This document shows, piece after piece, positions 35,301 to 47,300 of a stretch of 64,000 bases of DNA. The DNA is from Sphaerodactylus townsendi (Eukaryota): NCBI RefSeq assembly GCF_021028975.2, contig NC_059438.1, positions 25,172,001 through 25,236,000 of the forward strand, given 5' to 3'. The notes under the pieces are model-generated. The model worked only from the letters and a program-made list of their open reading frames with translations, searched no databases and was not told where the DNA came from. How positions within the stretch are numbered: the first letter of the stretch is position 1; each line of letters starts with the position of its first letter. The translations under genes were made by a program, and so were the position numbers.

Positions 35301-38300
35301 TGAAATGCCGAGTAGCAATTTGGAGAGCATCCCGAGATACTTGGCCAGACCAATGAAGCTGCTGAATTCTGCTTGGCAGAAAAGTGCTATTAGCTGCTGC
35401 TTTTTAAAAAGCCGCTTGTAGGAGCCCCCTCTGATAAGTGCCCTTCCCTCAGACAGCGGCTTGTGTGTGTCTGAGGCTTTCCTGCCAGCCTGCTCCTCTC
35501 CAGGGGCCATGAAGAGAAGGAAAAGTTTGGATTTATACTCCCATCTTTCCCTCTTGTAAAGAGTCACAAGAGTTACCCACTCCTTCCCTTCCTCTCCCCA
35601 CAACAAACACCTTAAAGGTGGGGCTGAGTGGTCTGGAAAGAAGTGTGACTAGCCCAAGGTCACCCAGCAGGAACGTAGGAATGGAGACACAAATCCGTTT
35701 AATCAGATAAGAGTCTGCCGCTCATCTGGAGGAGTGGGGAGTCGAACCCAGTTCTCTAGATCAGAGTCCACCTGCTCTTACCCACTCCACCACGCTGGCT
35801 CTCAGGAAGTTCCCTGTCCCGGTGCCTCCTCTGCCCCACCGTGTACAGCAGCAGGTCTGCGGTGGAGTCAGGCATAGCCGTGGAAATATCTTTGCCGGCT
35901 GAGCCCCCAGTCAGGCCGTCCTGGGCTCTGCCCCCCCCCAGAGATCGAGGCCAAGTACGAAAAGAAGATGCGGGTGCTGCGCGATGAGCTGGACCTGCGC
36001 CGGAAGACGGAGATCCACGAGATCGAGGAGAGGAAGAACGGGCAGATCAACACCTTGATGAAGAACCACGAGAAAGCCTTCAGCGACATCAAGAACTATT
36101 ACAACGACGTCACCCTCAACAATCTGGCACTCATCAACACTCTCAAGGTAAAGCACGCCCTCCCACACACACGCACGCGCGCACACTTATTCTAAAGAGA
36201 GCCTTCTGCTACAGGCAAGTCTGTGGGCTGATCTTCCACATGCCTCCCGGGGTGTGTCCCTCTTGGTCCTAAGGGAAGACCACGTGCCCTTTCCCCTGTA
36301 TCCCAACTGCCACTGCAGGAGGTCTGTGGGCCAGAGAGGCTTCTTGCCAGTCCTGCGTGACGCTGCATGTCTGTCTGGTCCTCCCAAGGCTTTAGGGGTG
36401 TGGTCTCAGGTTCCCGTCGGGGTCAGGAGCAGACCAGCGATGCCCTTGCCTTGAGGAGTCCCAGGCTGGGTTTGAGGGAACTTGTTCTGCGGCATAGCTG
36501 GGGAGCAGGGAGGGGCGCTGGGCCAGAGGCATGCCTTCCACGTGTCTTCCTGGGAGTGCAGGAGCAGATGGAGGAGATGAAGAAGAAGGAGGACCACCTG
36601 GAAAAGGAAATGGCCGAGGTGCTGCTGCAGAACAAACGGCTGACGGAGCCGCTGCAGCGAGCCCGAGAGGAGGTGGCCGAGCTGCAGAAGAAGCTGTCCC
36701 ACTACGAGAAGGACAAGGTCTCTCTGGCGGTGAGTCCCTGTGCCCTGCGCTTGTCGAGACCCTTATGGACGCGCAGTGGGCTCAGTAGGGCCCTCCACCG
36801 GTGAAGTGGGAAAAGCTCTGGCCAGGCATGTGCCCAGCTGTGCCTTAGCCAGTTGCCACACCTTCATAAACCTTTAATGGCATATAAATTATTAGTATGT
36901 TTCCATTTAAAAGAGAAAACTATTAAAACATTTAAATAGGGGTGTTTAAAATGCTTTCCAAGAATTTAGCCACTGCCAAGGTGATCGATGGATTACAGTC
37001 ACTTAGCAGAAAGCGAGTGGCCTGGAACTTGGAGTACTCAAGTCTTGGAAGCAACAAGGGGTGAATTAAAATCATGCGCATGAGTTGCACTGTGAGAGAC
37101 AGCATTCCCAAGAAGGGATATGGGGAGGCAGAGGCCCGAACCAGGGGTGGCACTGGCGCCCGGAGACAAATTGTCTCCAGGACGCCCCCCAGGCTCTGCC
37201 CCCCACCACCCCAGCTCTGCCCTGTGATGCCTCCAGACTCCACCCCCCACTGCCTCAACCCCGCCCGCCCATGTCACCATGGACATGGGCAAGGTCTAGG
37301 GTGCCCACCTCCCCCCCCAGACTTCCCCTGCCAGCTGGGAGCCCCTGCTGGGAGTCCTGCTGCCTCGTTTTTGCGTGCCTCAGACAGGTCGAGGCATGCG
37401 ACAACGACAAGACAGCAGGACTTCCTGGTCACGTGGGGGGCCGATTTTGCGCCCCCCATGTGACCAGAAGAGTGGCGCCCGGGGACAAGGGGTACCCCTT
37501 GTCCCTAGGCAGATACGCCACTGGATATGAGTTATGGTTTCTATAGATCCACATCCGCAACGGCATAGTCTCTGGTATTTAGGGATCTGGAGGTATCTTC
37601 CCTGAGGTTTCCGCTGATGGAAAAATGTTGAGGCATGCTAGCATGAATGCACGACGTTGGTTAATGGATAGCAGAGATGAGAGATATTTAGCTCTTGCTC
37701 TGTAACTTGGTTGTATTCCGTTGCCACACCATGTAACAACTAGCCACGTGCATTGAACATCTAGTCATCTTCTGACGTGCTTTTGCTCTGAATGTTTGGA
37801 CAAACACGTTTGCACTGTGCGAAAGGGGGATGCCGCTGTTCAGTACCTCTTTTTAAAATCTGGTTATTCATTATTGATTTGGTTTGTACCATATCTTGTG
37901 GCAAAATGGGGCCCCAAAGTGGTTGAAAACATTCTTGTCTCCATGCTGTTGTCACAACAACACTTGACAAGATCGTGGCCTCTGTGGCCTGTTTGTTGGC
38001 GCTTCTGGTCGGCCCTCAGTTTCACAGGCCGTGCTGCGCTGTTTTTTGTGTGATGTAATTCTCCTGGGATGAGTCAATTGTTGTCAGCACTGGAGAAATC
38101 CCAACAAGGCCCACCCCAGAGCTCTGGTAGAGCTGGTCTTTGCAGCTTTGGGTGCTTAAGTGACACCTGGGGGCGGGGGGAGTGGAGCAGTTCTGTGTGC
38201 CCCCCCCCCAATGCCACTCCCTCTCCCTTGCTTCTGTTTTGATATTTTCCCTTCCTCGCCCAGAGCACGCTGGCCCGCCTGAAAGTCACCCAGAAGGAAC

Positions 38301-41300
38301 TGAAGGACCTCCAGTGGGAACACGAAGTCCTGGAGCAGAGATTCGGCACGGTGAGGCCCACTGGTGACTCTTGTTGTGTGGCTGGAAGGATGGACCGACA
38401 CGGGGTGGGGTGGGGGCTGCCTTCTGGGCTGGGGGGAGAGACACAGACCTGTTTCCTGTGGACTGACAGTGGAGCTTCCTCACCCAGGCAGTGCTTCACT
38501 CTGAGATGTTGGGTGGCAGGACTCTTCATTGGTCTTGTCACCCACCCACATCCCTTGATGCAGGTGAGCTGCAAAGGAGCGTCCGCTGTCCACATGGCTG
38601 GCTTTTGGCACTCCGGGGCCGGGCCCCTCTTGGCGCTGTTCTCCTTCTGACCCACGTGGCTGGTTGGGTGTCCCCCCCCCCCCCCGCAGGTGCAAGCGGA
38701 GCGAGACGAGCTGTACCAGAAGTTCACCAAAGCCATTAACGAGGTGCAGCAGAAAACGGGCTTCAAGAACCTGCTGCTGGAGCGGAAGCTGCAGGGCCTC
38801 TCCAACATGCTGGAGAAGAAGGAGGTGCAGCTCAACGAGGTGCTGGCCGCCGCCAACCTGGACCCCATCGCCCTGACGGTGGTCACTCGCAAGCTGGAGG
38901 TACTTCCCCCCTCCCTCCCCCCCCCCACCCTGGGGTTCTTGGAAGCAGGTGGGATGTGGAGGGGTCTCTGGAGCTTTTGCCACGTGAAAGTGCAGGATCT
39001 GGACATCATTGTCCGGCCACTGTTCCTTCTGGAGCTGGGTGGTGCAAAGCAGAAGGGGAAAGTCCGGCTGTGGGCAGCCTGACGGGTGTGGTTGGAGCGC
39101 TCCAGCTTGACCTCCTGGCGAAGGAAGAGGGGAAGGGGCGCCCTGCATGGTACTGCAGAGGCGTTGTAGACACAGGTCACTTGGGGAGGGGGAAGGCAGC
39201 AAGGGGCTCTCCTGCCAGTCCCTGGCACCGGCCTCTCCACTTGCCTGGCAGGCCACACACGAGCTCTCAAACTGTGGTCCCCGGCTGCTGCGGGAGGCAT
39301 GGGGAGGCCCAAGAAGGGCTGGGGGGTCTGGTGGGCCGGGGGGTGTCCTCAGCATCCCCCTCAGTGGCTGGAGAAAGGCGTTGGGGGAGACAACCTGTGG
39401 CAGTGAGACAGGAGGCTGCCAAGTCTTGTGTGCCAGGGTGGGGCTGCCCAGGCTCCAGGCAGGGTGGGAAAGGGGGAGGTCCTCAGACTGTCCTCCCAGT
39501 GCTGTCAGTCTCCCAGCGGCACACAGGCCCATGCCTGCTCCGCTGCATCTCGCTCTGTTCCTCTGCACTGGGCCCCGGACCGGCCAAAGGTCCCTGTGCA
39601 CTCTCTCTCTTTTTCGCCCAGTCTGCCTCCTGCTGCCTGGCCAAAGAGCAGGGTGGATAATGTATCCTCCCCCCACCCCCCCGCTACGTACACACACACA
39701 AATTGTGCTGCCCGCCCTCAGGCAGGGGCATTCCGAGAACTCCTGAGGTTTCCTTTCCAGGGCAGCCTCTGCAAAAGAAATGCCTGGAAAAGGGGGCTTT
39801 GCCGCTTCCACATTCCAGGCGCTGCTCGGTGCCAGTAACCGGAGATGCTTCGCGACAGATTTCCACCCAAGGCCCGAGATCTCCTTCCATCAGCTGCTCC
39901 TTCCCCATCCCCCCGTCCCCACACACACATATACACGTTCTTGTGTTCAGCTGCTCCTTGCACAGCAGCAGCCCCACCCAGAGCGAGCCTCAGCCGGTGA
40001 TGCAGGTGCTCTGCCTCCTTGTTTTGCCTCCTGCCGCCTGGGAGGGGCAGGGGTGGTCCGGTCCCCCTGGCAGCCTGAGACCCACGGAGGGAGGGGATGC
40101 TGCTGGCAAAGGGAGGCTTGGCCTTCGCGGGAGGAGAGTCAAGGCAGTCCGCAGGAGTCTCTCCCCGCCTGGGGAGTCTTTTGGGGGATCTTGCCCACAG
40201 ATTGGCATCCTGAAGCCCCTCTGCTTTCAGGTGGGTGTCCAGCCCTGAGAGCTGCAGAGAGAGGCTTGCTGGGGGGGGGGGCGGGCAGGGGGGTGCTGAC
40301 TGGTGCCCCTTAGAGGTCTGAGAGAGACTGGCCAGGATTTGCCGTTTGCTGGGAGGGGTGCAGAATTCACAGAGGGAAAAGGCCGGTGCAGAGCCAGCCC
40401 TTCCCCCTCCAACCATGGACTGCGGCTCACTCCTCGGGCACTCCCGTGAGATCCTCCTCGTGGTATATTAACCCCCGGTGGTCTTTCTTCACAGGATGTC
40501 CTGGATTCTAAAAACAATGCTATCAAGGACTTGCAGTATGAGTTAGCCAGAGTGTGCAAGGTGAGAGGGGGGGTCAGCCTGCATGGAGGGTTTTTTGGGA
40601 GGGCGGGAGAGGCTGCAGCAAAGGGACCCTTTGGACCCAGGCACTAGAAGAAGCGGCGGCGGCGGCAGCAGCAGCAGCAGGGACCCTCGGCACTGGGCTC
40701 TGCACCAGAGAGCCTCCGGGTTAATGCTGAATAGTGGGAATTTTGTGTCAGCCGTTTGTGGTGGGTTTTCTGAGCTGTGTGGCTGTGGTCTGGTAGATCT
40801 TGCTCCTAATATTTAACCTGCATCTGTGGCTGGCATGCGAAACATTAGGAACAAGATCTACCAGAGTGAACCAGGGGTCTACAAACTATGGCCCTCCAGA
40901 TGTTCATGGACTACAATTCCCATCAGCCCCTGCCAGCATAGCCAAGTGGCAGAGCTGATGGGAATTGTAGTTCATGAACATCTGGGGGGCCATAGTTTGA
41001 AGACCCTATACCAGACCAAGGCCACGTAGCCTGGAAAACCCACACAGTAACTACTTGAGTCTGGCCGTGAAAGCCTTCGACGGTACATTTGTGTCATCTG
41101 ATTCTTGTGGGTGACTAAAAGGGGACCCTGCTTTTTTGGGGTTAATATTCAGAGAGCTGAAAGATGCACTTGCCCTGCATCCCTGGAAACTTTCCTCCCT
41201 AAATCCCATCCACCCTGGGGTGCATTTTTCAAACCTAGTCAGCCTTTGCTAAGCTAAGCATTTCTTCCGGAAAGTTGAGGTCATTTCATTCGCCCTCTTT

Positions 41301-42219
41301 CTGCTCAATTGGGAATGGGATGCCGTGACACAGGCTGACTTGAACAGTCTGCTAACCGTGGCCACATCATGGACACATGTCAGAGGAATACCCAGGAGAA
41401 CTTGTGGGGGAAAGAAAGTCCCATCCCCCACCTTCATTGGTCCTATTTCCTCCGCTCTTGTGCTTCCGGGAGCCAATGGGGCCAGCTTCCAGATGCGGGG
41501 GGTGGGGGCTGCAGCTGGAAGTATGAAGGGCTTGCAAACCACAGTTTTACCTCGAAGCCCCTCACCACTGCCAGACAGCTGATGGGGGCAGGGAGGCTTT
41601 GAGATGCTAGACCGCCGGGCATACTTCCCACTCCAAGCCCTGACATGGCCCACGGGAGAATGGGGAGCCCACCTGGTGCATTTCCTGCTCCCGGCCCTCT
41701 GTCCCTCTGGTCCCCGCTTCACCTCGCTGTCAGCGGCCTGTCCTCCACCCCGTCTAATGGTGCCCCCACGGGCTTCCCTTGTCCTTGCTGTAATGCTGAC
41801 TGTGCCCTCAGGGCTCCACATTGTTCCTCCAGTTGGTTTGTCTGCATGGCCCTTTAGGTTGGTTCTCCCAGGTTTGTGAAAAGAATCCCTCTCTTATCTC
41901 TGTATGGTCCCACTGTGTGGGTTTCTTGATCTGCAGCCTCCAGCCGTGCCGTTCTGCAGCAGGATTAGCTTAAAAGGGTTGGCAAGTAGGGCTATCTGGT
42001 CATTGGCATTTTGTGTCGGAAGACGGCTCTCCACTCCAGCCTCACGTTCTCTTTCCCCGCTCTCTGCAGGCACACAACGACTTGCTGCGGACCTACGAGG
42101 CCAAGCTGGCGGCTTTTGGGATCCCCTTGGACAATCTGGGCTTCAAGCCCCTGGAGACCTCCGTGGTCGGCCACATTCTGGGCCACGGCCCAGCGGGACT
42201 TGTCTCAACCCCCACCTAG
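32394..42219 (+). CDS. GAS8: Dynein regulatory complex subunit 4 (GAS8/DRC4), 485 aa. Exons 32394-32396, 32597-32704, 33837-34034, 34152-34358, 34490-34544, 35942-36147, 36562-36729, 38264-38350, 38690-38899, 40495-40560, 42070-42219.
   Basis: M|APKKK..., [89 protein letters not shown]-only first exon. 1458 nt in frame. Confidence 0.96.
34632..34927 (-). mobile_element. tRNA-derived SINE (Squam3/MIR-like)
   Basis: Minus-strand pol III A/B-box head, core gctgggtgaccttgggctagtcacag, tail ataaatccaaact(cct)n. Confidence 0.85.
35511..35803 (-). mobile_element. tRNA-derived SINE (Squam3/MIR-like)
   Basis: Head gagagccagcgtggtggagtgggtaagagcaggtggactctgatct; same core and tail as the 34632 copy. 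Confidence 0.85.
37130..37523 (-). mobile_element. Non-autonomous hAT-like DNA element
   Basis: The right end (ggcgcccggggacaaggggtacccc..atacgccactg) is the reverse complement of the left end of the 55547 element. Left boundary approximate. Confidence 0.55.
40751..41087 (+). mobile_element. Older Penelope-like pLTR relic with a nested MITE
   Basis: TSD TTTGTGTCA at 40742-40750 and 41088-41096, inverted arms, tail ggccgtgaaagccttcgac. Confidence 0.7.
40872..41008. mobile_element. Palindromic MITE (hAT-like)
   Basis: Same hairpin family as 29885 and 49234. Confidence 0.8.
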
Positions 42220-42373
42220 AAGAGCCGGGTGTTTCTCCCCCGCACCAGAAGGCCTCTGGCCCGAATCCTGCGTGTCCTCCCTTCCGGAGGCTGCTTTGCT
42301 CTCTGGCTGTGGTGCTGGAGGGGAACACAGAGCGGCCCCTTGGCCTGGGCCAGCCCAGCTGGCTTTCCTTTTC

Positions 42374-42379
42374 ATTAAA
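42374..42379 (+). terminator. Possible GAS8 polyadenylation signal (ATTAAA)
   Basis: 155 nt after the stop codon. Confidence 0.5.
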
Positions 42380-42638
42380 GGGACCCTGCGAGGGTGTTTC
42401 GTACCTCATCTGCAAAGGCACACTTCTTCCCCCTTCCCCCCACCCAGTTCCAGGGGGCTGGGGATGGCCCTCTGCCCCTTGCTGAGGAAGCACTGGGCCC
42501 CTGTCCAAGCACAGTGTTCCGTCCCTGCATGTGGCCAAGCCCCTCAGCAGAGAGTGTCTGGTTTGTGTGTGTGCAGGCCCAGGGCTTGGTGCCTGTGGAA
42601 TAATCGGGAAGGCTTTCTACTTGCGCTCACAGCAGCCT

Positions 42639-42644
42639 TTTATT
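42639..42644 (-). terminator. Likely URAH polyadenylation signal (AATAAA on the minus strand)
   Basis: About 50 nt downstream of the URAH stop codon. Confidence 0.6.
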
Positions 42645-42692
42645 ATCTCTGTGGAGCTGCTGGCAGCCTCTGGCCCGGCTCCGCTTCTTCTG

Positions 42693-43953
42693 CTAGCTCC
42701 CCCGGTAGGTGCTGTAGGAGAAGGGGCTGAGCAGCAGAGGGATGTGCACCTTCTGTTCTGCTTCCGTCACGGTGAAGACGACCTGGAGCAGGCAAGGGGA
42801 GGGAGGGGCCTCCTGAGCTGCCAGAGCCAAGCCAAGCAGAGGCCAGGGCTGGCAGCTCCCCTCAGGGCAGATCCTGCCGTCTCTTCAGCTGCCGGGGTGA
42901 GAGGCTTGGCCGAGGGCCCAGAGACACCCACAGGCAGGCACGGCTGTCTCCAGACACAGGGGCCACCTGGCTCCCCACCCAGCCCTGCAGCCTCTTCCTT
43001 CATCCCTTGCCCTCCCCGCTCCCCACCTGGAGGCTTCTGTGTCTGCCCTCCACAAAGGAAAGCAGGGCATTTGAGGAAGGAAGAGCACAGGGTGCGGTTC
43101 CAAGGCCTTTCCCCCCCCCCCACGTTGAAGCCCTCCTCCAGAGGCGTGGCTCTCCAGCAAGAGGGCAGCAGGTTGCGCAGCTGCCAGAGGGGCGCGCCGC
43201 CTGCTCTCCGTGCCGCCCACCCTGCTTTCTTGGGAAAGGAGACTCACTTCCACGTAGGGGTAGAAGCTGGCGTAGCCCTGCTGCTGCCAGTAAGCTGCCG
43301 TTTCGAAGCACAGCTTGTAGGTGCCCGGCTCCAGCCTGCGGGGGATCGCGCTGCTCAGGTCTGAGCGCCCGCTGGCATTCGTGGTGCTGGAATGGAAGCG
43401 AACGTTTGTGGTGCCTGCAGCCGCCCTGCCTGGCCCGGCCGTGGCTTCTGCTGCTTACCTCTTTGTGAGCTGCACCCACGGCTGAGGAGAGTCCTCGAGC
43501 CGGAAGAAGGTCACATCGATGCCACTTGCTGGGAGACCATTGAGAACGTTCATCGTGTGGACTGTCAGCCCACCCTGTGGGCCAGCAGACTGGAAGCAGA
43601 GCGGAGAGCAAGATGGAGCCCCCTGCCCAGCGGAAGATGCCGCCATCAGCAGGGCCAGGGCTCTTAGGGGGTGGGGGAGACCGGGGAGGGGGTTTTTTGC
43701 CACCATTTGTCATCCTGGGTGCACTCTGGGCTATTCGAGATGCCTGCTAGCAGCTTTGGCTTTGGGGAGAGGGCTGGCAGCTGAGGCTGCTCGGCCCATT
43801 CGGTGTTTCTGCTTCAGAGGTCCCCCACCCGAATTCACCCCTTCTCTGCCCTTCCCTATTGAGGAAGGGGGGCTCTCCCTGCCCCTGGCTTTCCTCCCCT
43901 GCCCCTGGTCTCACTTGGCCGTCCCGTTGTGCTCCGTCCCGTTGCTGCTCCAT
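42693..43953 (-). CDS. URAH: 5-hydroxyisourate hydrolase (transthyretin-like), about 132 aa. Exons 43953-43915 (tentative), 43589-43459, 43386-43248, 42782-42693.
   Basis: [18 protein letters not shown]..|[28 protein letters not shown]|[22 protein letters not shown], with the diagnostic C-terminal YRGS. Syntenic after GAS8. First exon inferred from a good Kozak (ggaATGg) and a phase-0 donor. Confidence 0.92.
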
Positions 43954-45249
43954 TCCTCAAGCCGCAGAGGGTGTTCCTGACCTGCCTCTTTGGCACCTGT
44001 GGCCGACAGACCAGCGGAGCTTTTGAAAAGCGCAGGTGTGTCTGAAGGCCGGAGGGCTGGCATTCCAGGAACAGGCTCAGGAACAGCAAAGCCACCTGAT
44101 TGGTTGTAACAGCCCTGCACTCTGATTGGGCAGACAGCTTAATGTCACGGGCAGGGAGGGTGCTCTCTCCCTGTGTAGAACAATTTGATAGGCTGTTTGG
44201 ATGCTGAGGTTCCTGGTGTGAACAGCCCCATGCCTGCCCCTGCTGTGTGAACACACAAAGTCTCCAAGGAGAGCAGCAGCAACAGTCAGAGAGTGAATAT
44301 CTGGCTTGCTGGACGGCTGCCAGCCCTGCGAGCTGCATGTGGGAAGGAAATAGTACACAGACTAAGGGCCCTGGTGGTGGGGTTATTGAGGGGCCACACA
44401 CACACACATATACATATATTCAGACACACACACACACACACAACCAGGGAGGAATTGAGGGGCAATGTATAAAACAACCACGTTCCAAGGAATAGATCTC
44501 CCAAATAGAAGGAAGAAGAATTCCTGCATGCTAAGTTAGTCTGGAGTAGTGGGTTTTGTTTTATTGTTCTCAAAACGGAGTGTTTTATGTTTGTTTTGGG
44601 GTTTCTATCTGAGGGGAGGCTGAGTGAGAGTACTGAAGCAAATGTACCAAGCCCGGTAGAACCTGGCGTGAATGTCCGTTGGCCAGTGAATCTGGAGTGA
44701 AACACCTCAGCTAACAGAAACTGATCAAACTTATTAAGCCTGTGTCTGAAACTGCCCCCCCCCACAAATTGCACCCAAGGGACGGGCAGAAGGAAAGGGT
44801 GCTGTTGTCTACGTCTCCAGTGGGTGGATGAACCAGCAAGTGGCGGCCCATGGATGGTGAGTGGGTTGTGGGTGGGTGGCGAGTGGGCAGAGGGTGGGGG
44901 TGGGGTGCAGATATGCCCAAATATGCCCCCATGTGCCCCTTGCATTTGGTGCCTGGGATGTCAGACCCCTCAGCCCCCCCCCCCCCCAACTGGGTAAGTT
45001 TAAGTGAAAATTGGCAGCTACTGGTAGAAAGCTACAGGCTGATGATAAGCCACCCTGTTGGTGGTAGAAAGGGCTGCCAAATCACAGTGATGGAGACACC
45101 CCCCCAGGTTTTCTTTCCTGCCCTAACCAGGAACAGGACAGAAAATGGCAGGTGCAACTTTAGAAGAAAGCCAAGTCTTGCCAACCGCCGTCCAGATGAT
45201 TTAAATGCTGCTATTTTATAAAAAGTGCTAAGTTTAGCAGTGCAGATGG

Positions 45250-47300
45250 TAACGGATAACAAGGAGTGTTGAGAAGAGGACGGGCAGGAGACTGCGGGGG
45301 TGGGGGGCGGGGGCTCACTTTCTGCCACGTGGGGGCTTTAGAGTTAGTTACTCAGGTGGTGGGAAAGCAAGCCCCGTCTCTGGGGTCGCCGGGAGGGAGG
45401 AGCGCTGCGCCGGGCCCGCCAGGAGAGGGCGCTGCAGCACCGCACAAAGGGGCAGCTCGTAGCGGTGGACACCGGGCAGCGTGGGGGTGTGCTCCCCCCC
45501 TGCTGCTGCTGCTGCTGCTCCTCGCCTCGGCTTTGCCTGGCCCTGAATTCCCCGCTCCACGGCCGGTGGCTGCTTTGGGGCTCCGACACCTGCTGCGGGT
45601 AGATTCCGGGGCCCGCCGCGGCGTGGCTGCCCTTCCTGCCCCCCCCCCCCCCACCCCCGCTGCCGCTTCAGCGGGCCCGGGGGTCGGGTTGGGCCCTGGG
45701 CTGTGCGCAATTTGCCCGGCTGTTTGCAGCCCCGATTCTGGCGGCACCTCCTTCCCCCTCCCAGAAGGCCCGCTCGGGGAGCCCGACATGCGGGGGGGGG
45801 GGGAAGGGGGCGCCTTGACGGCGCGTCCCTGCAAGGGGGGGCCAAGGCCCGGCAGCCGCAGACCCGGCCGGACAGGAGGGGAGGGTGTCAGTCGCCCTGC
45901 TCTGCTTTTTGGCAGGGACGCGCCAACCGGCTCCACCGGCGTGGCAGGAGGGGAAGGCGGCCTGTCCTGCCCGGGGCACCCAGCGTGGCAGGGGGTTCCT
46001 CCGCGGGGGAGGGCTGGCAGGCTCCCCGCTCCGCCGAGCCTCCTCCCGGCCAGGCTAAACGCACGGCCAAAGCCACCGAGGAGCCTGTCTGCCTGGCTCC
46101 GCGGAGCCCTGGTCCTCGTCCCACGCTGGAAGACCCTCCCCGCCAGCGCCACCGGTGGCCGGAGATGGTTGCCCGGAGCCTGGCGCCGCGTCCCGTGGGG
46201 AAGGGCCGGGAGCGGCCAGCCAGGCCTTGGCCCCCCTTGCAGGGACGCGCCGTCGGGCCGGTCGGCGAAGGAGTCCCCGAGGAGGAGGAGGAGGAGGAGT
46301 TCTGACGGGCAGCCGGGAAGGGACCGGCCGGGCCAGAAGGGGGGGTGGGCGCTGCGGGGTGGGACCCGGAGGGAGTCCCGCCCACCAGAGCCGCCTCACC
46401 TGGCGCGGCCCCTTTAAAGGCGCCGGCGGGGCGGGGCGGGGCTCAGCGGACCAGGAGCGGCGGGGAGTCCGGAGCGCCACAACCCGCGAGCCAGTCAGCC
46501 GGCCGGCCAGAGGCTTCTCCTACAGTGCCCGGGGTGGCGGCCATGGGGCTCCGGCCGGGTCGCTGCGTCCTCCTCCTCCTCCTCTGGCTCCAGGTGAGCG
46601 GAGCAGCTGCCCCGACGGCGCGGCGGGTCTCTCCCTTTTCGGGCCGGAGGGAGGGATGGGGGCGGGACAGGCAGCAGATCTCCCTTCGCCTCCTTTTCAC
46701 CCCGGGGGTGTCTCTCTCCGCCGCAGGTGGCTGCTTCGCGCGGGACCCCCCCGCCCCCCTGCGTGGCCGACTTCGCCGCGGGCTGCTGCGCCTTCGAGGT
46801 GGCGCACGGAGACCTTCTTCGGGGCCAAGTGCTGGGCCAAGGTGAACGGCGTGGGCGGGGCATGGGGGGGCGCCGATCGGGGCTTCTTCCGCGGGGCGCC
46901 GCATGGCCGGCCGGCCTGGTTGCCTGGCTGATGGCGCGGGGCTGCCGGGGGTCTCTCTCTGCCGCCGCCGCCTCCTCGGGGCAGAGGCTTTGCGCGGGGG
47001 GGGGGGGCGCCCGCTACCCTCCTCGGCCTCGTGGGCGTCCGAGCGGTCCCCATCCCTGCCCTTTTGCCCGGCGCCGTCAGAGGGGCGCCCGCTTCGCTCC
47101 GCCTTCCCCGGGCGGGGGTCCCTCCTCTTCTGCCGGGCGGCCCTTCGGCGGTCCTTGCTGGCTGCGGGAAGGTTTCTGTTGCTGGGCCTGGAGTTGAGCG
47201 GAGCTGGGCGGCTCCCGCATTCCAGCGCGCGCCCCCCCGACCCCCCCTTCGTGCGTTGGCGGAGAGGAATGGATTGGCCACTGGCCTGCCTTGCTTGGGG
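45250..47300. promoter_or_regulatory. CpG island / cadherin promoter (E-box CACCTG 46397-46402, TTTAAA 46413-46418, GC boxes ~46426-46441)
   Basis: Dense CpG. Motifs lie 100-150 nt upstream of the cadherin ATG. Confidence 0.7.

Noticed and set aside
38074-39811. 412-aa and 443-aa minus-strand ORFs
   Set aside because: They cross GAS8 exons and introns antisense, are low complexity and show no recognisable domain.
45344-45385. RRGLLSHHL on the minus strand as a URAH PTS2 exon (also RLNKFDQFL near 44720)
   Set aside because: Neither fits RLx5HL and neither has a nearby in-frame ATG; the first is followed by a stop.
45266-46417. 383-aa ORF and other long ORFs in the CpG islands (also 8929-10301 and 31779-32852)
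   Set aside because: Stop-codon depletion in very GC-rich DNA; P/G/A/R-rich in all six frames.
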